The position numbers were made by a program, and so were the translations under genes. A stretch of DNA of 63,313 nt, counting the filler, from Collodictyon triciliatum (lineage: Eukaryota), in assembly GCA_043381765.1 (NCBI GenBank). It is 6 parts of 6 records of this genome, joined end to end, with 100 filler letters (N's around TTAATTAATTAA, not from the genome) between each part and the next. Parts side by side here need not be neighbours in the genome. Positions count along the whole stretch, not along the records: positions 52,631 to 61,146 come from JBHJMP010002122.1; positions 61,247 to 63,313 come from JBHJMP010002203.1; 4 more parts are not named here. One strand, given 5' to 3'. The notes beneath the pieces were generated by a model. It was not told where the DNA came from. It searched no databases and saw only the letters and a list, made by a program, of their open reading frames with translations. This document shows positions 52,804 through 63,313 of the stretch, one piece after another; position 1 is the stretch's first letter; every line of letters starts with the position of its first letter.

Positions 52804-55099
52804 TTAAATCCACCTTTTCATAAAAGGGTCATCATTAAAATCCTTCATTTCTTGTTCTTTTTTTGTGACGGTAAATTTGTCTCTCATGTAATTCATAACA
52901 GATGAATTTAACGCAGAATCCAATATAGGTTGCACCAGTCTCTCTACTTTTTCAAAGAAAGAAATGATGAACGCCGGGCCAGCTTTCCTTAAAAAGACCA
53001 TTGCAATTAACCCGTTAGACAAGGCGATTAGAGCAACGAGTAAATATTCCGAAAATATACTAAGGTCTGAATACCGCAACAAAAGGCTTGTCATCAAAGT
53101 AAAATAAAGTACTAATGTTGACCAGATATGAGATTTTTTCAGAAATTTGGACATAAACGGCTTGAAATACGTTGATAACCATATGCTTAATATCAAAATC
53201 CAGGAACCAAAGTAAATTTGTGAAGATGGAGAAAAGAAAATACTGATTAAAACGACAAGCAGCTTTTGCATCATAGTCACGATTTCCCAGTAAAAGCATT
53301 TTTCATTATATCCATCAACCAAAAATCGGAACAAAGTATAAGTGTCAGAAGTTGGATCAATTAGTGACGCCCTTTTGTAGAACATGTATGTAGCAAGAAT
53401 AAACGGGCCACCAAAACAATACAAAATAAGGTAAGCCAAGCAAATATATTTCCATACGAGATAAGTTGCATCATCACACATAATTGACATGTCAGCATTC
53501 AAGAAACTTACATCACCAAACCTCACACAATCAAATATATTTGTTACCGATGATGTGATAGTTGGGTGAACAAAAAATAGCATTACCAGCATGGAAAAAA
53601 TTAACTCTTGGTTAATTTTGAAGAAAGTAATATCTATTCTATTAATTTGATTGGTTCTTAATTTCCAAGCTGTTTTGGCTGTGAGAATTAAAATAACCAC
53701 TACTATCAGCATCAGAGGGGTCATCATTGAATACAACACCTTATCATATATTTTCATTTGAATTCTACATTCCATCGGATACGTGTCTATCGATAAAGAA
53801 AAAAAAAAGGTAGCTGGAATTTTCATTATTGAGATTATGGTGAAGCTCCAGTCGACATCGAAGTTCGCCAAGTATGATAAAACTTGAAAATGAGTTACAA
53901 GTGTTTTTAGAATCTGTATTTCTGCCGTCTTTGGTTGTCTTGATTGCTCTATCATGAAAAAAACAAACAAGAGAGGTCCTGCGATGCTGAGGGATACTAA
54001 AAACTCACTCGCTCCCTGGTTGGGGCATGATTGACACATTTTTGAGACTGAATCATAAAACTGATCAGCAGAACAAATTCGCCAAATTTTGATTGAAGAA
54101 TCATAGCTTCCAGAAACAATTTTTGAGCCATCATAAGTGACAGTAACGCTACAAACACCACCATTATGGCCGTGTAATGTGCGAATCAAAGCTCCATCAG
54201 AAATATTCCAAATTTTGATTGTATAATCATAGCCTCCAGAAACAATTTTTGAACCATCAAGAGTAACAGCAACGCTATAAACACCACCATTATGGCCGTA
54301 CAATGTACGAACCAAATCTCCATTAGAAAGATTCCAAATTTTGATTGTATTATCCCGACTATCAAAAATTATTTTTGAGCCATCAGGAGTAACAGCAACG
54401 CTGTAACCACCACCATAATCGCCGTACAATGTGCGAATCAAAGCTCCGTCAGAAAGATTCCAAATTTTGATTTCACCGCCTCCAGAAACTATTTTTGAAC
54501 CATCAAGAGTAACGGCAACGCCATAAACACCACCACTACCGTACAATGTGCGAATCAAAGCTCCGTCAGAAAGATTCCAAATTTTGATTTCACCGCCTCC
54601 AGAAACGATTTTTGAACCATCAGGAGTAACAGCAACGCTATAAACAGCACCATAGGCGTACAGTGTGCGAATCAAATCTCTATTAGAAAGATTCCAAATT
54701 TTGATTGTATTATCATAATAACCACCTCCAGAAACAATTTTTGAACCATCAAGAGTAACAGCAACGCTATAAACACCCCTATAATGGCCGTACAGTGTGC
54801 GAATCAAATCCCCATTAGAAAGATTCCAAATTTTGATTTTTCTATCATAATAACCACCTCCAGAAACAATTTTTGAACCATCACGAGTAACAGCAACGCT
54901 ATAAACACCATCATAATGGCCGTACAGTGTGCGAATCAAATTATCTTGTCCTTCAACTTGACAAAATTGGCAGTGTAGTATCAACCCTAAAATATATTTC
55001 TTAAAATTCTATCTAATTTGAAGTCAATTAAATTAAAACAACTATTAACGACTCACCCAACAGCAATATGGCTTCAAAAAAATTTGAGTTCAGTCTCAT
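52804..55099 (-). CDS. Signal peptide, 7 WD40 repeats, Cys linker and multi-pass TM domain (741 aa; exons 55099-55057 and 54986-52804)
   Basis: Exon 1 [15 protein letters not shown]|gtgagt...ttttag|GG (70-nt intron, in frame), then [15 protein letters not shown]. Seven WD40 repeats follow, then [18 protein letters not shown] and about 9 hydrophobic segments with [37 protein letters not shown] motifs (TRP-C/PF06011-like protist membrane domain). Confidence 0.85.
54076..54939 (-). repeat. Seven tandem 117-132-nt WD40 units with high internal nucleotide identity
   Basis: Units begin TTGATTCGCACA (unit 6 TTGGTTCGTACA). By hand count, units 1 and 2 differ at 9 of 132 nt. Confidence 0.95.
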
Positions 55100-58000
55100 T
55101 CTAAATTAAATGACGTGTTATAAAAGGTTAAAATAAAATTTTATGGCATGGTGTCTACTACCGAATAAGATATTTTTATCTAATATCGAACGATTACACT
55201 ACTTTCTAATTGATCGATATAGAAATACATAGCTATAAAGCATATAAATAGCCTCAACAAAATTCATGTAAATATAATCTCTCAATATGTAGTCACTCTT
55301 ATTATATCAATTGGTAAGGTTTTACAATTTTATTTGTTGGACGAGTGATTGAATCAGATGATTCATGAAATATTATTAAAAGTAAATAACGTCTCCCATT
55401 CAAAATAAATCGATATAAACTCACAAATTAATTGATAAGGACTTTTAAAATAATTCATTCCAATGAAATATTTTAAAAAATCATTTTTCAATAAATAATA
55501 TGTAAATTTTTGATGTGGTAGTTAGAGATAAACCACTGATAAATTCTTGGATAAATCCTGTTTTGAAAACAAAATAAGTCATTATACGATATACGAACAC
55601 GATGTAAAACATGGAAATAATGCAATGTAGCCTTATAATTAACAAATACAAGAATAGATCATAAGAAATGATTTAAAATTAATTATAAATGAAAAGATAA
55701 TATATGATTCAGTTTGAGACAAATATTGGTTTATCTAAGTTATAAATCAATAAATTATGGTAAACACAATACCCGAAGATTCCACAGAAGCACAAAATTA
55801 ATCAATCATATGTACTTTAAATCAAAATATAATATAATACCTTTAAATAAACTAAAACGTATTATTAATAAACCAACAATTTACACGATTTTAAAGGAAT
55901 ACAATATCATAAAACATTTATATGTTATGGGTATCAAGAAATAAGTGTACATCTGAATTATGAATAAATTTTATTCATCGGATGAATATTATCAAAAGAT
56001 AATTTCATAAAAAATATTTATTACCAGAAACATCGGTATCTTTTGACAAATTAATTTAATCATTGACCATCTATATTAATATTCCTCTAAATGAAGAACT
56101 ATTATTACCAATAAATTCCAAATAAGCATTAATCAGGCTATTATTCAATATTCATTATCATGTGTACATATTTATAAAACAAGAAATTTGCAAATTAAAA
56201 TCACTTAACTTTTTCTGTCTAAAATTTATACATTTTAATTAATCATGCAATCACAGCTGTTAAAAATATTCATATTATTAGATAATTTATATTGATTCAA
56301 TGATAAAAGAAACCCTGTTTGTTTGACTATGACGAATGAACATAATGTAGGAGCAAACAAAAATATTAAATTGGGAACATGTTTTTCAATAACCTCTGTT
56401 TGGCAATTAAAATTATGATTAAATAAAACTTATTAAATTATCTATCAGTTAACTGGACCATCGATTATTTCATAAATATGTTTACTCTTGAAGTACAACC
56501 AAATGTGCTATGAATAAGAGCTCAAGCGATGAATCACATCCTAATTTTCGGTATAATTTAATAAACTGATTGAAATACCATATAATGTTGTGTGAGTATT
56601 TGATATCATCTATTGGATGTTTAATGATTCTCGATAAGTTTCAGTATTAATATGCATTTATTTATCTGATTCATATCAGCTATTACCTTATTCTCTATCA
56701 TAAGGCTCTAAACAGTGTTTCCTAATCATACTCTCTTTAAATGAAATATTTTTCACAGTAACCATATTAATATAATTCATTGAACTAAAACAAGCTATAA
56801 TAATCGTAACCAAATCTTACTGATGAAAAAGTGATTATATTCTTTTGAACAGTAATCGTGTTATGTTTTATGTAAATCCTCTATTCCATTGAGAATTTCT
56901 AAATTGTATGCTATAAAGTTTCTTTGGAACTCTGGGTAAATTAAGTCTTCTTACAATAGCTTAGCCTAAATTATGACACAAAATATAGTTATTAATAGAC
57001 AAGAAATGCAACAAAAGTCTGAATATTAATTCATTTAATAGCAAAATCATTTTAAATGTAATTTATAATTGAAATTTAAGTCATTGAGGTCTTTTATATA
57101 TGCACCAATACAGAGATAATGAATGTTCCGAATCGAAAATTAAGTAAAATTGTTGGATAGTATAGAAATATATTAAGTTTTAATAATAATAATAAATATT
57201 TGCACTCTTCCTTATTCGACCAAATAGTAATAAACCGAATAATATCAAAGATTTGATAATATGGTATAATCGTCAATATGAAAAAAAATTAGAACTCATA
57301 CTGTATGTATGCTAATGCATGTGGTGAATAAAATAATAAACCATTCTATAAATCAATCAAAATATACAAAAACATTATGGATAGATTAAAATGGGTTAAT
57401 AAATATATTTGAATGATGGTAAATGTAAAAAAATAAAAAGGGCGTGAACCGTCTACCAAATCCTTGGTTAGTCGGGGCAACACAAAAATGCATATTAGAA
57501 ATACCTTTTAATTACCTATGATTATTTTGGGATTGGAAGGGGAAGGAGTGGGTATGTTGAATTCGATAAATCGACATCTAAATAATCAAAGAATAAAATT
57601 GAACAAATTCAGGTGATTTAATAACAATTGATTACCAGATAAATTTATTTATTGAGCGCTAAACCTATGAATCATTTTCACTTAAATGAACAAACAAGGT
57701 CTAGTTTTTGAGGGGTATAAGCATTAAGCTGTGGACAAAGATTACGTGTCAGTCAAGGGTGATGGTGTATCATTCAGCGGCAAATTGATTTTCAGCGAAG
57801 ATATGATATGCACATTTTTTGATCTGGATAATATAATGGTTCATATGTTATTAGATTTTTTTTAGAAGCATACTTGATGAAAAATATATCTATTGAATTG
57901 ATTAGAAAATAGTTTTTTCCATTATTTGATTCAAAGTGAATTAAAACGGAATATAAAACACAGCACCAAGAGTATGCATATAATAAAGCTATTTCAGTAG

Positions 58001-61000
58001 ATACGTAATTAAGCCAGTTTTTTGGTGGGATTTATTATTCATAAGGTGATAAGGAATAAGTTTATAAAAAGACAATCGACATAAAGATGCATATGCTGTC
58101 GACAAACAATTAATCTTGATTAAAATTAATTAGCAAATATATAGCTGAGACAATTATATTAATAGAAATGTTGCGGTATTGACACCATTTATTTCATGTT
58201 ATGATTAAATCTTTCAGCTTAATTATTAGCAAATAGCATGAACAGAATCTGATGATTGTTAATATTTTAGGTTTATATACTATCATTTTTAGATAAAGTA
58301 TTTATAAGTAATATTTTAACTAAAAATTATTCAATGTAATACATTTTTTCTTTTCTTTGGTAAATAGTGAATGTTTTCAAATAAGATGAACTATATTTAC
58401 CGCAAAAACGGATACATGACTTCTTATGACAGAAATTTACAAATAAATTTGATTTTGTTTTGATGATGAATGACTGGACAAAGACGTACTTAGTTCCACA
58501 CACAAAAACACCCAACAAAACCCACCGTACGTTCTTAGACCTTTACTTCAGACCAATAGGAAAACTAGAAGCCGCCGATCTACCAATCCTCCCCCTCCTC
58601 CAAGTAGTAGATCGAAACAGTTCCCTTTCCCACGGATTTTGTATTTTGTCCCCTCCATTTTCAACTGTATCTGAGTTTTTTCCATGACTTAAGTCTGAAC
58701 ATTTTCCGATAGAAGATAAATATAATTGTGTTAATTACGGAATATTAAATAAAATAACGCAATTTTTCATTTTGTCCATGAAGAAGCCAGGTTGGACCAT
58801 TTATCGAAAAAAAAAGCCTTTGGCACAAAATAAAGTTTGAATGATTTTTATTTTGTTATATTTTGCTAGAGGAATTGAAACTCAGTGTGTGTGTAATTTT
58901 GTTTTCTATCGTTGATTATTAATTCTATGATCAATTACGTGGTATATGAAATTTATCATTCTAATCATATTTTTTAAAAGTAAAACATACCAGGTTTGTT
59001 GTATGATAAAATTTGACCAGAACCATATTGTTCCACTATCAGAATGCTAATGAATCTAGCCTTAAAATTCCACTATTCTCATTTTAGATGTGTGATGAAT
59101 ATGTTAGTTATGAGTTTTTTGAAAAATATAAAATGTTCAATAAGCTAAGAATTCAATAAAAAGATAAATAATATAAAATAAATATTCTTTAAAAAATAAT
59201 GAAACGATCAAAATTTGCAGTATGACTCGTATAAGACCAAAAAAATGCGAGCGCAAAGTCCCTTTTGCGATGATATAGGGAACATGAGTCCTTCTTGATA
59301 TTTCGTGAGGTAATACTATGAAAAGCCTTTGTTGAAGTCCACCCTGAGATTATTATATTAATCCAGTGGCCATAATTTTGTATTAATTGAAAGGATATAT
59401 GTTAAATTCTCATAAAATCTTTTAATGTCGTAAAATTCAATTACCCTTGTTTTTTCGAACATCGTTTCTTTAAAGCCATACATCATCCAATTTCATCCAT
59501 TCCCTGTGAGAATTAAATGTAAGGGTTTACCAAGATAACAAAAAATCTGATTCTATCATTTACTTATAATCATGAAACCGAAAAAAAATGTGGATAAAGT
59601 CATATAAAGAACATCATACTTGAATTCTGCTGATTGAAGTGTGATTTTGTGACTGCATGTATGGCGTTGATAGGTTGACTATCTCCGGAGTATTACAATG
59701 GATTATCGTTTGTTTATGTTTCCAAAATTCTGACTTAAATTGAAGTCGCTATTTCAAAAAAAAAAAATTGAAGTACACATTTCGGAGTCTGCAAAAATAA
59801 TTTTACAATACACTTGCCGGTTCCACTAATGCCTTTGCTGGAGAAGTTATGCAGGTATGTCAGCTCTTACTTATAATCTGCTGAAATTTAGACATGCATT
59901 AGTCAAGAAAACTGATTTTTGGAGTTGAATAGAATGAACGAATATAAGGAATCTGATTGTAAAGGAGGGCAGGATGGTCGTGTGGACATTCGCACCCAGA
60001 GAGAAAATTTGACCTCCGATCAAATCCAGGTTAGGGCTCCTGATAGTTGCGGCTCTGTAGAGCTGTAATTATTCTCGACCCTCTCGAGTGCATATAGATA
60101 AGCCACAAATCCAGATTCCGTATGATGCTAGCCTAAACCCCTTAACCGACACGTGTCACTGCTTTCAACCAAGACACAACAACTATGACGGCCTGTAAAA
60201 AAAAAAAATCTAAACCCCCACCTCCCTCCCTCCCTCCCTTGAATCGAATAAAGGAAAAATATAGAGACGAGATATTATTATTTTTTCACTAATATGAGAT
60301 TCTTCTGAAAAAGGCCGAGTTGAGAAGAGAAAAGCAAACAGACCAACAACTAACCTGAAAGCAAATCCAATATCTAAGATATATTCTTAAAAATATGCGT
60401 CTGTATAATATACACCGAAGTGATCGTGCTGTGGGCAGAGCAACCAGATATTCAATCGCCTGATGCTCCCAGAAAGCATCACAAACTGCATGATATAGGA
60501 ATAGAATTCACTTTAACTCGTAATAATAGACAGTGAAATGAAAAATCAGCTAAAGCTTCTTTAAAAAATAAAAAATGGAATTAGGGGTATTTCGGGTAGT
60601 ATGGATGCGTGGCCAACAATGATTTGCGACAGGAAGGCTCAGAAATCTGGAAGATCCCAGCTCTCCTTGGCTTGCGAATACTTGTAATAATAAGGGGCCT
60701 AAAAACCTCTGCAGGAAGGAGGAATAGCTGAATTATAAGTTATTTGGATATTTAAATGAGTTTTGAGTTGTGGGTTTGTAGGTAAATACATGCAATGAGA
60801 TTGATTGTTGGCATGGGCGCCAACAGCTAAGTCTGTCGTGAATAAAAAAAAATACATGTAATGAGATTACATAAGGCAAGACTAAAGCCATTCATATATA
60901 GTTTTGTTGAAAGGACTCCTTTCTTGCTCGTTTTTTGTTTCTTTCATTTTACTGTTATTTTCCAGCGTTTGAAAGGCATCCTTACTCTCGATCAACACTT

Positions 61001-61146
61001 TTGGCTTTTTGACAAAGGTAATAGACTCGCTCAGGTTTAAGCCTTTTTCTAAAAAAAATAAAAAATGAAAATGAAGCTATGTTTTCGCGCTAGGTGTTTC
61101 AGTTTGCTTGGCCTTAAGTTGATCAGATGGTTTTTTTCTTTTTATT

Positions 61147-61246
61147 NNNNNNNNNNNNNNNNNNNNNNNNNNNNNNNNNNNNNNNNNNNNTTAATTAATT
61201 AANNNNNNNNNNNNNNNNNNNNNNNNNNNNNNNNNNNNNNNNNNNN
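61147..61246. other. Artificial contig linker
   Basis: N44-TTAATTAATTAA-N44. Confidence 0.97.
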
Positions 61247-61834
61247 CTTGTGATATAGTGATATTTTCATGGCGTGATGTAATGCTGTTTCTAATTTCAT
61301 TATGTAATGATTCGATGTGCTATATTGCGTTGAATTCTAAATAATTTCTCATATACTGTATGATTTCATTATCTTTATATTCAGTTGTGTAAGAGACATG
61401 ATGATAAACTAAAATATCAGCATATTTATCATTCTTTGACAAAAAACCCCTAAAATTTTGGCTTTTGTAGTGAAGATTTTGGTATCCAAATGAAATGGTC
61501 TTTTTATCGTGCCGGTAGATGCACGGAACGAGGATATTCCTGAGACATGGGATGGATTTTTACCGCTCTAATGGAGGCTGTATGAAATAGCTTTACTGCG
61601 TCGCACTGTACTGGTATTTTTTTTAATGTTTCCTTAAAACCCTATGAATCTTAAGATATTTTAGACATCGAAGCCGTGAGTCAGTTCATTTGTCTAACAT
61701 GATTGTGGCTCCGATGCTGGGACTATTCATATTGGAGATTATAGTTTAATTTTTATTTTGGATTAATATCTTATGTAAGATGTAATTTGTATGCGATATA
61801 ACACAAATCTTGTGCTCTATACCAATTTTCAAGC

Positions 61835-63210
61835 TTCTTCCTGCGCCTGATGGAGGGAAAACACAAGCCGCGACCCGTCGAAGGCTTTGCAAGTTGCAAC
61901 CAGTTCTTCTGGTTCCAACGCTGGTGTGGAAAAACCCCCGAGTTGCACGCAAGTCTAGGAAGACCCGTGCAAGGAAGCCGCCTTCAAATCTGTCTGAGCG
62001 GACAATATTTTTGCACGGGGTCGAGCAAGTCGTTTATAACAAGAAACAAGGCCCGCAGGCTCACAGATGCACTCGCTCCTTCTTGAAAGCGAACAAACTT
62101 TGGGAAGAGTCCATCCATGGCGCTTACCGGACAGCGAAGGCCTTTGCCTGATTTCCTTCCGCACTGCAGAAAACGCCCGAAAGCTTCTGGAGCTGAAGCA
62201 GGTAAGTTTGATTGATATTACGATCAGCTTCAGCAAAAGTAAACCAACAGAGGCCTCGGTGATGCTCTACCAACTATCACTGGACGTGTGACCGTAACTA
62301 CTTCGTGAGGAGCTGAAGTCGTTCAGACAGACCCACGTGGAGATCAAAAAAGACAAAGGCTTCTTCACAGACACGTCCTCGGTGAAGCTTCTCTACCACA
62401 AGAACCAGCTCTCTGCAAAGTTTACGGTCATGGGCAAAAAGTGTCCAAAGCGCATCCTCAAAGAGCGCCCGACAGCCGCGAATAACAAACAACAAGTAAA
62501 AGCCCCGCAAAAGAAATACACTCGCCAAGCAGACAAGCAGCAACCGGGGTCAAGAGAGCCAAAGCCAGGCAACAACAGAGTCTGCAAGACTCACAACAGA
62601 TACGCGCATACAGCGACAGCGACGATGACATGGAAGGAAATCTCGGTTCTCTTCAGAATCATCGCACTCGAGCCATCCACCGCCAACGCCAGACAAGCCC
62701 GCACATCACAAGACCCAAGAGCAGCGCATCTCCAAACCCCGAAAGAAATCTCCCCTTAAACGACCCATTCAGACTGACGTGAATATGGTTAACATAGGAG
62801 GCCTCAAGGCAGTCTACGTTACTTATCCGAAAGGATACTCCAAAGCGAAGGCAACACAAGAACCAGCACCCACCAAAGGTAGTCCGTTTACCCTTCCCCA
62901 GCCTGTCACACCGATAACCAAGGAGCAAGAGCAAACAGCACAAGTCGAATCCAAGCTTGGAACTTCACAAAATGAAGACAGTCCGAGCAAGCAGGAGCGT
63001 ATGTTTTAAAACCACAAACGCGTATCCATGCTCCGGTTAAGCAAAGTCCACTGCCAGCTACGCATGGCTCCGAAACCAGGGGACGGTCAAGCGCCACTTC
63101 CGTGAATACCAGACAAACAACGATGCATCGCTTTCTGTCTGAGTCGCCCAGCAAGAAACGCAAGGAAAGTGACCCGTTGTCCCTTCAAAAAACTCATCCT
63201 GTGGAATGAA
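61835..63210 (+). mobile_element. Decayed ORF, probable non-LTR retrotransposon ORF1 (RRM-like part plus low-complexity tail)
   Basis: GC rises abruptly; frameshifts and stops break one reading (LCLISFRTAENARKLL..SVMLYQL.LDV..LLREELK.F.PTHVEIKK); second copy at 39080-39388. No reverse transcriptase is visible, and boundaries are approximate. Confidence 0.5.
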
Positions 63211-63313
63211 ATAGGATGTAAACCCTGTCTGAGATAGAAGGTTGAAATTACTCGTCGGAATCGATTTGAGAAATAACAGCCATGTGCGTATTTTCATCGA
63301 CCCGACAACTCTA

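Noticed and set aside
54076-54939. WD40 array as a CRISPR array or diversity-generating retroelement target
   Set aside because: The units are in-frame coding repeats without unique spacers; substitutions are not adenine-specific; there is no template repeat, reverse transcriptase or cas gene in the contig.
58460-58687. Short ORF in the AT-rich desert
   Set aside because: 75 codons, no motif, no supporting flanking exons.
63187-63225. KLILWNEIG as the start of a LINE ORF2 endonuclease
   Set aside because: Only a short resemblance to the xISWNxxG motif; the frame stops within a few codons and no further endonuclease motifs follow.

Overview
This is eukaryotic, intron-rich DNA from a flagellated protist (CFAP161 present; standard code). 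It is not one locus: six unlinked contigs are joined by artificial N44-TTAATTAATTAA-N44 spacers, so adjacency across spacers is meaningless. Splicing the exons by hand gives: Nup93/Nic96; a nearly intronless NLR-like gene (degenerate NACHT, pentapeptide, WD40); a RING-H2 ligase; CFAP161; a flavodoxin-like FMN reductase with an N-myristoylation motif; an SGNH/PC-esterase; a TRIM-NHL protein; COQ2; MCEE; a ZC2HC1-like protein; a C10orf88/PAAT-like protein; a pseudokinase-LRR gene; a many-exon ferlin; and two decayed copies of a probable non-LTR retroelement ORF1. The strongest novelty candidate is at 52804-55099 (-). There a hidden signal-peptide exon precedes seven near-identical WD40 repeats with Tyr/Gly-rich variable loops, then a Cys linker and about 9 TM helices, which suggests a diversifying cell-surface propeller receptor. 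Also notable are a U12-type AT-AC intron in ferlin and an exactly alternating 210/207-nt phase-0 LRR exon array. All family assignments come from recognising motifs by eye, not from database searches.
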